A stretch of 64,000 nt of DNA from an uncultured Candidatus Saccharibacteria bacterium. Its GTDB lineage: Bacteria; Patescibacteriota; Minisyncoccia; Phycocordibacterales; UBA6899. Under the pieces are notes generated by a model. That model saw only the letters and a list, made by a program, of their open reading frames with translations, did not search any database and was not told the origin of the DNA. The first letter of the stretch is position 1. The number at the start of each line of letters is the position of its first letter. Shown here piece by piece: positions 37,923 to 47,344 of the stretch. The stretch is taken from contig CAZERF010000002.1 in the NCBI GenBank assembly GCA_964515375.1, forward strand, positions 93,164-157,163, read 5' to 3'. The position numbers and the translations under genes are program-made.

Positions 37923-39818
37923 ATGAACAAATTTGACCCCACATCACACAACATCACGGAGGAGCAGAGAGCCCAACTGAAGGAATCGTTTCCAGAAGCA
38001 TTTACTGAGCAGGGAATAGATTTTGAGTGTCTCAAGACACTTCTCGGGGAAACGGTTGAAACAGGACCCGAGCGCTATTCCTTCACCTGGCCAGGGAAGA
38101 CTGAGGCGATTCGTGCCGCACAAGCATCAAGTATGGGCACGCTCGTTCCAGACAAAGCATCGTCAGTGGATTGGGACACCACAGAGAATCTGTATCTTGA
38201 GGGAGACAACTTGGAGATTTTGAAGCTCCTTCAGAAGTCCTACGCCGGAAAAGTGAAGATGATCTATATTGACCCTCCATACAACACTGGAAAGGACTTT
38301 GTGTACCCCGACAAGTATGGTGAGGGCCTGAAGACATACCTGGAATATACGGGGCAAATAGATGGCGAGGGAAAGAAGCTGACGACAAACACCGAAACAG
38401 ACGGTCGCTACCACTCAAAGTGGCTTAACATGATGTACCCACGACTGATGCTCGCACGGAATCTGCTCAAGGATGATGGGGTGATCTTCGTCTCAATTGA
38501 TGATCATGAGGTCCACAATCTGCGGAAGATTATGGACGAGGTTTTTGGAGCAGAGAATTTTATAGCAGTATTTACATGGGTGCGCAAAAAGAAAGGTTCA
38601 TTCTTGTCTGACAAAACAAGAAAAATGACGGAATATATAGTCTGCTACCAAAAAAATATTTCTGAAAAATTGGAGTTTTATGGAGAGGATGCATACGCGG
38701 ACAAATGGCAGCCCATCGTGAAGCGTACAAATTCAGAAAAAGAACTATCAATCCCAGAAAATGTTGTTGAAACAACACTGGAAGATGGAGAATATGAGGG
38801 TGGATTCCGAGGCAACGAAGGAACCGGTATAAATTTTCAAAACAACTTTAAAGTTGAAGATGGTCTTGTAAAAAACAGGATTATCGTACGTGGAAACTTT
38901 GTTTGGACACAAGATTTTTTAGATCGCGAACTTGTTAGTGGCACCAGGATTTCTCTCTCAACAAAATTTGGTTTTAATGTCTTGAGGCACGATCAAGAAG
39001 AAAAAACAAAAACACCGTCAACCCTAATTAATAGTGACAATGATGTTGGAACGAATGAGGATGCCACCGCTGAGGTAATCAGCCTATTTGATGGAAAGAA
39101 AGTTTTTGATTATCCAAAACCCGTATCACTACTTTCTTATTTAGTGAAAATGGTTACTTCCGAAAATGATATTGTATTAGATTTCTTTTCCGGATCAGGA
39201 ACCACCGCACATGCGCTGATGGAAATAAATGCTAAAGATGGGGGAGGGAAAAAATTTATATTAACCCAGCTTCAGGAAACAGTACCTAACGATAGTGAAG
39301 CGCAAAAATCTGGATTCCAAAATATCTCAGAACTTGGACGCGAGAGAATCAAGCGCGCCGGAAAGAAAATTCGCGAGGAACTTGCCGAGAATATCACCAC
39401 AAGAGAAACCCCACTGGACACAGGATTTAAGGTATTTCGCCTTGCTCCAAGTACGTTCAATGTTTGGGATGTGAAAGGAGAAGATGATCTTCAAGTGAAA
39501 CTCGTTGACGCCACTTCCTTGATCAAGGGGGATGCAAAAGAGGAGGACATTCTCACTGAGCTCATTTTGAAGAGTGGCTACGGACTCACAGAGAAAGTTG
39601 AGCAGATCACACTCTCCGAGAAGAAGTTTTATTCGGTCGCAGGTGGGAAGCTCATTGTTTCGCTTGAGTCAGGACTTACGCTAGAGCATGTACGGGCAAT
39701 TGCCGAGAAGAAACCGGAACAGTTTGTTGCGCAGGAGCATGGCTTTGCAAGCAACGATGTGTTGACCAACACTGCGCAGATTATGAAAGATAAGGGAATT
39801 GATTTCCGCGTACTCTAG
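37923..39818 (+). CDS. mod: Type III restriction-modification methyltransferase (Mod), N6-adenine, beta class
   Basis: IYIDPPYNTG (motif IV, DPPY), then a central variable TRD, then VLDFFSGSGTTAHA (motif I FxGxG). 631 aa. Confidence 0.85.
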   Translation: MNKFDPTSHNITEEQRAQLKESFPEAFTEQGIDFECLKTLLGETVETGPERYSFTWPGKTEAIRAAQASSMGTLVPDKASSVDWDTTENLYLEGDNLEILKLLQKSYAGKVKMIYIDPPYNTGKDFVYPDKYGEGLKTYLEYTGQIDGEGKKLTTNTETDGRYHSKWLNMMYPRLMLARNLLKDDGVIFVSIDDHEVHNLRKIMDEVFGAENFIAVFTWVRKKKGSFLSDKTRKMTEYIVCYQKNISEKLEFYGEDAYADKWQPIVKRTNSEKELSIPENVVETTLEDGEYEGGFRGNEGTGINFQNNFKVEDGLVKNRIIVRGNFVWTQDFLDRELVSGTRISLSTKFGFNVLRHDQEEKTKTPSTLINSDNDVGTNEDATAEVISLFDGKKVFDYPKPVSLLSYLVKMVTSENDIVLDFFSGSGTTAHALMEINAKDGGGKKFILTQLQETVPNDSEAQKSGFQNISELGRERIKRAGKKIREELAENITTRETPLDTGFKVFRLAPSTFNVWDVKGEDDLQVKLVDATSLIKGDAKEEDILTELILKSGYGLTEKVEQITLSEKKFYSVAGGKLIVSLESGLTLEHVRAIAEKKPEQFVAQEHGFASNDVLTNTAQIMKDKGIDFRVL

Positions 39819-39820
39819 TC

Positions 39821-42766
39821 ATGAAGCTGCAATTTGATCCAAACCAGGAGTACCAGATGGATGCGGTTCGTGCATCGGTAGATCTCTTTGAGGGGCTACC
39901 GATTGAGGAGGACAGTTTTTCCGTTTCTGTGGCAAAAGAAAATTTGCCAGGGATGTTTGAGGCGCAAACTGAAGATGTGCTCGCATTTGGAAACCACACC
40001 ACTCTCCCCGACGATGAATTATTGAAGAATCTTCAGTCTGTGCAAGAACGAAATGGGATTGAGGTCACTGAGACACTTCAGAAAACAATGGGGTATCCGC
40101 AATTCTCTGTTGAGATGGAAACTGGGACAGGAAAGACCTATGTGTATCTACGCACGATCCACGAGCTCCATGCGAAGTATGGATACAGCAAGTTTGTGAT
40201 CGTGGTTCCCGGTAAGGCAATTCGCGAGGGAACACTCAAGAATTTGGAGATCACGGGAGATCACTTCCAGACTCTCTATGGAAACACGCCATTTTCGTAT
40301 GCAGTGTATGACTCAAAAAACATGAGTACTGTGCGTGACTTTGCTGTATCGCGCGGGCTCTCAATTTTGATCATCAACATTGAGGCATTTCGTAAGGATT
40401 TTGATGATGAGAATATGGATCCCGAGAGAGGTGTGCTTTTTCATCGTCCGAGCGAGAAGCTCTCCGGTCGTTCACCGCGCGAATTCTTGCAAGCAGTCCA
40501 TCCGATTGTGATTATTGATGAACCGCAGAGTGTAGACAATACTCCGATAGCAAAGAAGTCCATCTCACTCCTTAATCCTTTATTCACCCTCCGCTATTCT
40601 GCAACGCACCGTAATCCGTACAATCTCATTTATCGCCTAGATCCCATTCGTGCGTATGAGATGCGACTCGTGAAGAAGGTCGCTGTGGCCGAAGTTCTTG
40701 GATCACAAGAATCGGGGGCAGGTGCGTATATAAAACTCATTTCAGTTACCAATGATGGAGGAATTAAGGCACAGATTGAGATTGATGAGGATAACGAAAG
40801 CGGTCCGAAGCGAAAGAAGATCAAAGTGAAGGGTGGTGACGACTTGTTTGTGAAATCCAAACATAGAGATGCTTATCAGAATGGTTTTCTGGTCGGCGAG
40901 ATTGGCGCCGAACAAGGGAAGGAGTTTATTTCTTTTGAACCAAGTGGAATCACGCTCCATATTGGCGAGGCACTCGGTGGTGACGATGAGGCTATTAAGC
41001 GCCTCCAGATCAGGAAAACGATTGAAGAACATTTTGAAAAGGAACTAGAGCTTGAAGGGCGCGGAATCAAAGTGCTCTCGCTTTTCTTTCTGGATCGTGT
41101 AGCAAACTATCGTCTCTATCCCGAAGAAGGGGAAGCTGAGAAGGGTCAGTACGCCAAGTGGTTTGAGGAAGAGTATGAGCGTCTGCGTCAGACTGAGAAA
41201 TATAAGACACTGAAGCAGCCACCAGTTGAAAAGGTGCATGATGGTTATTTTGCTGAAGACAAGAGCGGCAAACTCAAAGATTCTCGCGGTGAGGGCGATA
41301 CCGCCGACGATGAATCTGCTTACAACAAGATCATGAAAGAGAAGGAGCGCCTGCTCTCTTTTGAGGAGCCCCTCAAGTTCATTTTCTCTCACTCAGCATT
41401 GCGTGAAGGATGGGACAATCCGAATGTGTTTCAGATTTGCACACTCAATCAGGCACATAACGCGATCAAAAAGCGCCAGGAAATTGGGCGTGGGATGCGC
41501 CTCCCCGTGGATCAGAGTGGGGTCCGCGTATTTGATGAGTCAATTAACAAACTCGTTGTTGTTGCGAATGAGAGTTATAAGGATTTTGCACGAAAACTCC
41601 AGACTGAATATGAAGAAGATTGTGGGGTAACATTCGGAAAGATTACTGAGAAGACATTTGTGGGACTCACATATGAAAAAGATGGCGCAGAGGTGTTGCT
41701 AAATGAAGCAACGATTGCGACAATCATCCAAACACTTCGGACATTAGGCATGATTGATGAGAATGGCAAACTCACGGATGCTTTTGATCCTACACAAGTA
41801 GGATTCACCCTGGGGCTCATGGGAGACTTGAAGGAGATTGAACTGGAGATCATTGATCGGATCAAAGAATACCAACTTGAGCGCCATATTGTGCGTCACC
41901 AAGCGAAAGGGCGCGTTAAGATCAACAAAGAAGTATTCTTGAGCCCCGATTTTGCTGAGTTGTGGAATCGTATTAAGGCAAGAACTACCTATGCGGTGAA
42001 GTTTTCCGACGACCTACTGATAACGACAATTTCGGATCGCCTGCGTGCAATGCCCGCGATCACGCTCCCTAAGGTGCAGTATGTGAAGGCTGAGTTCTCG
42101 CTGGATGATCGTGGGGTGACAACACGCGAGGTGCGAAATAGAACCGAGGAGGTGAAGCAGGACAATGCGCAGCTTCCGGACATCCTCTCGTATCTCCAAC
42201 GAGCAACGCATCTTCGGAGGAAGACGCTCGTAGATGTACTTACGCGCTCGGGGAGGCTCGCTGATTTCGCGAAAAACCCTCAAAAATTCATGGATGTGGT
42301 GGCCGAGACAATCCGCGCTGAGCTTCGCCGTCTTTCTGTTGAGGGTATTCAGTATGAGCGTGTGGCAGGCGAGGAGTATGAAATGACCCTTTTTGAGGAT
42401 CACGAGTTTTCTGCATATTTGAGCGATCTTCTCCCGTCTAAGAAGTCGGTGTACGAACGCGTTTCCTATGACTCTGATATTGAGCGTCGCTTCGCCTTGG
42501 AGTTAGAGAAGAAGGATCAGGTCAAACTCTATGTCAAACTTCCATCATGGTTTACCGTTGAGACTCCGGTGGGCAAATACAATCCCGATTGGGCGATAGT
42601 GAAGCACGGAGACGAGAAGGTGTACTTGGTCCGAGAGACGAAAGGTTCACTTGAAGCAAGCGCGCTCCGAATTTCAGAAGATCAGAAGATCAAGTGCGGC
42701 AAGAAGCACTTCGCCTCCATCGGCATGGACAACTTTGAGGTGGTAAAAGATGCGAGTGAGATATAG
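39821..42766 (+). CDS. res: Type III restriction enzyme Res subunit (SF2 helicase + C-terminal PD-(D/E)xK nuclease)
   Basis: METGTGKTYVYLRTI (Walker A), VIIDEPQ (motif II), QxxGRGxR-like region HNAIKKRQEIGRGMRL. 981 aa. Starts 3 nt after the mod stop. Confidence 0.85.
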   Translation: MKLQFDPNQEYQMDAVRASVDLFEGLPIEEDSFSVSVAKENLPGMFEAQTEDVLAFGNHTTLPDDELLKNLQSVQERNGIEVTETLQKTMGYPQFSVEMETGTGKTYVYLRTIHELHAKYGYSKFVIVVPGKAIREGTLKNLEITGDHFQTLYGNTPFSYAVYDSKNMSTVRDFAVSRGLSILIINIEAFRKDFDDENMDPERGVLFHRPSEKLSGRSPREFLQAVHPIVIIDEPQSVDNTPIAKKSISLLNPLFTLRYSATHRNPYNLIYRLDPIRAYEMRLVKKVAVAEVLGSQESGAGAYIKLISVTNDGGIKAQIEIDEDNESGPKRKKIKVKGGDDLFVKSKHRDAYQNGFLVGEIGAEQGKEFISFEPSGITLHIGEALGGDDEAIKRLQIRKTIEEHFEKELELEGRGIKVLSLFFLDRVANYRLYPEEGEAEKGQYAKWFEEEYERLRQTEKYKTLKQPPVEKVHDGYFAEDKSGKLKDSRGEGDTADDESAYNKIMKEKERLLSFEEPLKFIFSHSALREGWDNPNVFQICTLNQAHNAIKKRQEIGRGMRLPVDQSGVRVFDESINKLVVVANESYKDFARKLQTEYEEDCGVTFGKITEKTFVGLTYEKDGAEVLLNEATIATIIQTLRTLGMIDENGKLTDAFDPTQVGFTLGLMGDLKEIELEIIDRIKEYQLERHIVRHQAKGRVKINKEVFLSPDFAELWNRIKARTTYAVKFSDDLLITTISDRLRAMPAITLPKVQYVKAEFSLDDRGVTTREVRNRTEEVKQDNAQLPDILSYLQRATHLRRKTLVDVLTRSGRLADFAKNPQKFMDVVAETIRAELRRLSVEGIQYERVAGEEYEMTLFEDHEFSAYLSDLLPSKKSVYERVSYDSDIERRFALELEKKDQVKLYVKLPSWFTVETPVGKYNPDWAIVKHGDEKVYLVRETKGSLEASALRISEDQKIKCGKKHFASIGMDNFEVVKDASEI

Positions 42767-42782
42767 CACAACAACAAACACC

Positions 42783-43316
42783 CTACGTGGGGTGTTTGTT
42801 GTTCTCGCCACTCTTTTGTTTCGCCTCTTCACATTTTCTGATTTCCTCTTCCAACTTAAATACACCTGCGAGGCCGGCGTTGTGGAGCGCTCTTGATATC
42901 TCCTCCAACATATAGTCTGGAAGACGATTCTCCAGCGGGTTACTCTCATCAGTGTATCTCCATCGAGAATCGGCATAGGTGCCATGGTGATGCTTGAGCC
43001 AGAAGACAATTGCAGTCATTGCGCCATCTTTGATTTTCTTAATGAGTTGAGACTCGGCCATATCGTTGACGAGAGTTCGTCCTTCGCTGATCGCGACCGC
43101 GCTTTCCTCGGCGAAGTGCTTATCCGAATTCATCCACTTGTAGTATGTTGCACGGGCGACCCCAGCTCGCTCGCAAGCAAGCTGGATGATCGAACTCTTG
43201 CGCAGGTGCTCAAGTACTTCCTGCTTCATTTGTGCGGTGCGCTTCTCTGTCGCACCACTTGGTTGGGACACTACTTTCTTCGGTCCCCGCTTTGGTGTGT
43301 GCGGTGACCGGGTCAT
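42783..43316 (-). CDS. HTH DNA-binding protein (terminase-small-subunit / transposase-OrfA-like HTH)
   Basis: IIQLACERAGVARATYYKWMNSDKHFAE is a typical phage/IS HTH_23-type motif. Confidence 0.55.
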   Translation of the reverse strand: MTRSPHTPKRGPKKVVSQPSGATEKRTAQMKQEVLEHLRKSSIIQLACERAGVARATYYKWMNSDKHFAEESAVAISEGRTLVNDMAESQLIKKIKDGAMTAIVFWLKHHHGTYADSRWRYTDESNPLENRLPDYMLEEISRALHNAGLAGVFKLEEEIRKCEEAKQKSGENNKHPT

Positions 43317-43325
43317 ACGAGCGAA

Positions 43326-44666
43326 TTAGTTGATCTTCTTTGCCCGCACCCCGGCTGTTTTCTCCCACCGACGCAGAATCACCTCGGCATAGACGGGGGA
43401 CTTTTCCATGAGAAAGCACCGTCGTCCAAGCTTGAGTGAGGCGATGAGGGTACTTCCGCTTCCGCCAAAGGGCTCAAGAACGAGGTCTCCGCGTTTGGTG
43501 AGCACCTTGATGTATGGGATGAGGATCTCGGTCGGCTTTGTCCCAAAGATGACCCCTTGTCCTGATGACTTCTCGTCCGCGGCGATATACTCAACGAAGT
43601 CGGTCGGACAGACCTTCTTTCCTTTCTCGTACCCCTCCCACTGGGGTTTACCACTTGTCGCATAGAGGGCATTCTCGTATTCATTCTGGAAGAGACCTTC
43701 TTCTTCCTCGAGGTTGAGTCCGACATTTCCGATTGACCCCACCAATGCAATATCTTGCTTATTGAAGAACTTATACTTTGAACTAAAGCCCTGCATTCTA
43801 TTAGGGAGATGCCAAGTGATGGTATTGCGGTACTTCCAATGCTTCTCGAGCTCGTTCCATATAGTGCGGAGATTCTTTGGGTGCTCGAAGATCATGATTG
43901 AGAAATCCTCTTTCTGCACCTTCGCGACATTTGCCATCCATTTCTCGGTAAAGTCTGGTGGAAGGACGTCGGTCTCGAGGTATCGACGGTTCTTCTTCGC
44001 CCCGAATCCAGTTGTGACACCATCCTTCTGCTTCGTTTTGCCCTTTAAATAATCAAGGATATACGGAGGATCCGTCATGGTCATGTCCACTCGCTCATCG
44101 CCCATGAGGGTGAGCATGTTCGCTTCGATGGTCGAGTCCCCACACATGAGCCGGGAGCCGTTGCATTCATAGATGTCACCCTTCTGCACTTTCACTTCTG
44201 TAATCGAGAGTTTCTCGAGTTCTTTCTTGAGATCGAATTGTTCCGGCGCAGAATCAACATCGAAGATGCTATCGAGGTCTTCCGTGGTGAAGCCAATGTC
44301 TTTCAAGAAATCCTCTCCGAAATCTGCGAGCATCTTGAAGTCGAACTCCCCGAGATTCTTATTCAGTCGCACATTAAGCTCCTTCTCCTTCGCGAGGTCT
44401 GCAATCGTGATGTACACCACGGGGACTTGTTCAACGCCAAGCTCGGTCGCTGCCTTGAGTCGGAAGTGACCGCCAATGACGATGTTCTCTCGTCCGGGCG
44501 CATCGTTTGCCACGAGCGGATCTACAAAACCGAAACGCCTGATGCTCTCCTTGAGTGCGCTCATCTGCTCCGCATTCCACGTGCGCGGGTTGTATTCGCT
44601 TGGCTTGAGGCTGGTAATCGATACATAGCTGATAGATAACTTGTTCATAACAAAATAGCTAACCAT
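43326..44666 (-). CDS. ParB-like nuclease domain fused to a DNA methyltransferase (phage-type orphan N6/N4 MTase)
   Basis: N-terminal ParBc region ISITSLKPSEYNPRTWNAEQMSALKESIRRFGFVDPLV. MTase motifs DPPY (TMTDPPYILDY) and EPFGGSGSTLIA. Confidence 0.75.
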   Translation of the reverse strand: MVSYFVMNKLSISYVSITSLKPSEYNPRTWNAEQMSALKESIRRFGFVDPLVANDAPGRENIVIGGHFRLKAATELGVEQVPVVYITIADLAKEKELNVRLNKNLGEFDFKMLADFGEDFLKDIGFTTEDLDSIFDVDSAPEQFDLKKELEKLSITEVKVQKGDIYECNGSRLMCGDSTIEANMLTLMGDERVDMTMTDPPYILDYLKGKTKQKDGVTTGFGAKKNRRYLETDVLPPDFTEKWMANVAKVQKEDFSIMIFEHPKNLRTIWNELEKHWKYRNTITWHLPNRMQGFSSKYKFFNKQDIALVGSIGNVGLNLEEEEGLFQNEYENALYATSGKPQWEGYEKGKKVCPTDFVEYIAADEKSSGQGVIFGTKPTEILIPYIKVLTKRGDLVLEPFGGSGSTLIASLKLGRRCFLMEKSPVYAEVILRRWEKTAGVRAKKIN

Positions 44667-44940
44667 TAATCAATTTGGTTTCGATTTGGGGTTGAAGCGC
44701 AAACGCTATTTGGTGAGAAACAAAAAACTCCGCGACCGCGAATGACATTCTGTGCGAGCAATGCATTCGTTACTACTTGGGAGTTCTACTTAGTGAAAAA
44801 CCTATTTGGGATACTGTTTGGTTATCTTTATGGTATGCCTTTGACGCTTTTTCGCAATGGATAGTTATCCACTATTACGCTATTCGCACCGTTGTCGGTT
44901 GGAGTATGTGGAACAAGTATGTTGGCGGTACAATATAGTG

Positions 44941-45492
44941 ATGGAAGATTTACAAGCAGAATATAGAACTGCTTACCAAAACGGTGAGTATGAAAAGTGT
45001 CTCGAGCTAACAAACGTGGTACTTACCGACGATCCTATTAATTTTGACGCACTGGCTCAGAAGGGTGCGACATTAATGCGTTTAAATAGGAACAAAGATG
45101 CAATCGAAGTATTTTCCGAATCCATCAAGGTGAACAATACTGCTTACCATGTTTGGGTATTCAGGGGAGATTGTCATTACGCGTTGGCTGATTATGAAAA
45201 AGCCTTCAGTGATTATTGGGTTTCCTTACAACTTGAACCTGACAATGGTGCAGCAGTTGATAGATGTGCTCGCTGTTTGTTTCATATGGGGGACACAAAA
45301 GAAGCATTGAAATATATAAGGAAGGCAGCCGGAATAGCAGAGTCTTCAGAGCCAATGCTGGTAATGATTCACATGTTGAAACTAATGGGATTTCCAAGTT
45401 ACGCAAAGGAAGTCTATCGAATGGGTCTTAAGAAATTTCCTGAAGAAAGCGAGAGGTTCCGTGTATTTCTAGACAGAGAAATAGAAAAATAG
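44941..45492 (+). CDS. TPR-repeat protein
   Basis: Three or four TPR-like helical repeats (AYQNGEYEKCLE..., ALADYEKAFSDY...). The start was moved to the ATG at 44941. Confidence 0.5.
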   Translation: MEDLQAEYRTAYQNGEYEKCLELTNVVLTDDPINFDALAQKGATLMRLNRNKDAIEVFSESIKVNNTAYHVWVFRGDCHYALADYEKAFSDYWVSLQLEPDNGAAVDRCARCLFHMGDTKEALKYIRKAAGIAESSEPMLVMIHMLKLMGFPSYAKEVYRMGLKKFPEESERFRVFLDREIEK

Positions 45493-45823
45493 GCACAATG
45501 CGACGGTGTGTCTACTTTGTCTACTCAATTTGGTTCGAGTCCGAGTAGGGGGGGCTGATGAAGAGTCGAACTTTTTTATGAAACCCAGGTGGTGCTTGTG
45601 GGGTCTCATGAAGTGCGAGAATCGTCAGAATGAGGAGGCGGAGGCAAGAGAGGGGGTGATGATGGGGAAGTGATCTTTTGACCCCGACCGGATAGCCTCC
45701 TGTCTACTTGAAGAAGGAGCTCAAAGAACCTTGTCAGGGCCTCGCCCCCAAAGGTCGTGACTGGATTGGCACCCAACATCACAAAAGCAGAGCGTAAGCT
45801 CTGCTTTTGTTTTGATGTTGGAG

Positions 45824-45844
45824 TGCCTACAGGGATTCGAAAGA
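45824..45844 (-). repeat. Inverted copy of the tRNA-His 3'-end core (inverted att-core fragment)
   Basis: Reverse complement ctttcgaatccctgtaggcac has 19 nt matching tRNA-His 27622-27640. It sits 214 bp before attR. Confidence 0.7.
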
Positions 45845-46057
45845 CGGAGCCGGTACACAAGACGAGCGAAGCGAGTACTTGTCGGCGAGTCGGGGTCGAC
45901 AGCACTTATGAGCGAAGCGAATTAGTGACTGGTGACCGAATCCCCCTTGCATGTTTCCGTCAGGGATTCGAAGACCGCAGTGATGTTTCGTCAGCAGACG
46001 AAACCACGAGGGGCGGGCTGCGAGCTTGTCGCGCGGGGGCGAGACAAGACTTGTTGC

Positions 46058-46076
46058 CGAATCCCTGTAGGCACCC
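46058..46076 (+). repeat. attR: 19-bp direct repeat of the tRNA-His 3' end
   Basis: cgaatccctgtaggcaccc is identical to 27625-27643. Confidence 0.8.
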
Positions 46077-46137
46077 AAAATTGCACATATTTCTTAATAT
46101 GGTATACTTAAAAAATCACAATAAACCATATTAGGAT

Positions 46138-47079
46138 ATGTCAGTACTTGAAGCAAAACTCAAAAAAAGAATTGAACAAAAAAGAGAAGCACTGAACAAT
46201 CTCCGCCCACTTTCCACAACTGCGGTCAAAAAACTTCGAGAACAATTCGAGCTCGAAATGATCTATAACTCAAATGCGATCGAGGGGAATACGTTGACCC
46301 TAAAAGAAACATTCCTCGTATTATCTGAGGGCATTACCATAAAAGGAAAGCCGCTCAAGGATCACTTGGAGGCAAAGAATCACGCAGAAGCACTCACGTA
46401 CCTGTTTGACTTGGTAGACAAGGACAAGAAACATTCGTTTTCAGAGCATCTCATCCGCACTCTTCATCAGTTGGTTGTTCTGGATACAGAGAAAGAATCG
46501 GCCGGGAAATATCGCACGAGCGGCGTACTCATTACCGGCACCACTCATCGCCCCCCAGATGCTTTTGAGGTTCCGCAATTGATGCATGAACTCATTGGAT
46601 GGGTCCGTGCGCAAAGAACGAAACTATATCCAGTGGAGCTCGCGGCGATCCTGCACCACAAGATCGTTCATATCCATCCATTCTTCGATGGGAACGGGAG
46701 AACAGCGCGCCTCGCAATGAACGTCATTTTGCTCCAGGCGGGGTTTCCGTTGGTTGTCATTCTAAAAAATGATCGCAAAAAATATTATCGCGTACTTGCC
46801 CTTGCTGATAAAGGGAACTATACCCAGCTTGTGAAATTTGTAGTTCAGGCGGTTGAGCGGTCACTCGATATGTACGTGAAGGTACTTACTCCAAAAGAGA
46901 AAAAGAGTGAAAAATTTTTTACTCTCACAGAGTTAAGCAGAGGAACCTCATATTCCGCAAAATACCTCAATTTACTTGTTCGATCAGGAAAACTCGAGGC
47001 CCACAAAGAGGGGAGGAATTGGCTCGCTTCAAAAGAGGCACTGGCTAGATATATCTCTACCCGCGAAAGAAAAAGATAA
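46138..47079 (+). CDS. Fic family protein (AMPylator) with an N-terminal inhibitory helix motif and a C-terminal winged helix
   Basis: HPFFDGNGRTARL is the Fic motif HPFx[DE]GNGR. SNAIEGN matches the class II [ST]xxxE[GN] inhibitory motif. Confidence 0.85.
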   Translation: MSVLEAKLKKRIEQKREALNNLRPLSTTAVKKLREQFELEMIYNSNAIEGNTLTLKETFLVLSEGITIKGKPLKDHLEAKNHAEALTYLFDLVDKDKKHSFSEHLIRTLHQLVVLDTEKESAGKYRTSGVLITGTTHRPPDAFEVPQLMHELIGWVRAQRTKLYPVELAAILHHKIVHIHPFFDGNGRTARLAMNVILLQAGFPLVVILKNDRKKYYRVLALADKGNYTQLVKFVVQAVERSLDMYVKVLTPKEKKSEKFFTLTELSRGTSYSAKYLNLLVRSGKLEAHKEGRNWLASKEALARYISTRERKR

Positions 47080-47344
47080 TTTCTCCAAATCCCCCTTGAT
47101 CTGTGGCCAATCAAGGGTTCTGAATACGTCCCGATGGTGGCCCAGCGAGCTTCTTGAGAAAACCCCAAAAGGGGTTTTCCCTTTTTCGCTGGGTGCCTAA
47201 GCAAGGTAACTGTTTGCCTTTTAGGGATGGAGCACAAAGACAATACCTTCCTTCTTGAGACACCACTCCTGCGGGTGAAAAATGAATAAATGCAGAAATT
47301 GGTCGCCCTTTTGTGGCGCGAACTTTTTATGGGATAGTTGAAGT

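Larger units (their letters stand above)
27644..46076 (+). mobile_element. Integrated genomic island (~18.4 kb) in the 3' end of tRNA-His. It carries a large serine recombinase, a defence-type R-M cluster and phage-like genes.
   Basis: Exact 19-bp direct repeat cgaatccctgtaggcaccc at 27625-27643 (inside the tRNA) and at 46058-46076. Serine recombinase at 33606-34925. AT-rich cargo. Sequence downstream of attR resumes without the element-type motif. Confidence 0.75.

Noticed and set aside
38560-39020. AT-rich stretch inside mod as a separate inserted element
   Set aside because: It is in frame and corresponds to the variable target-recognition domain between MTase motifs IV and I. The compositional shift is expected for swapped TRDs, so it is not a separate feature.
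45606-45905. 99-aa minus-strand ORF with a poly-Pro tail in the att-scar region
   Set aside because: Lies in a repeat- and hairpin-rich noncoding stretch. Low-complexity translation.
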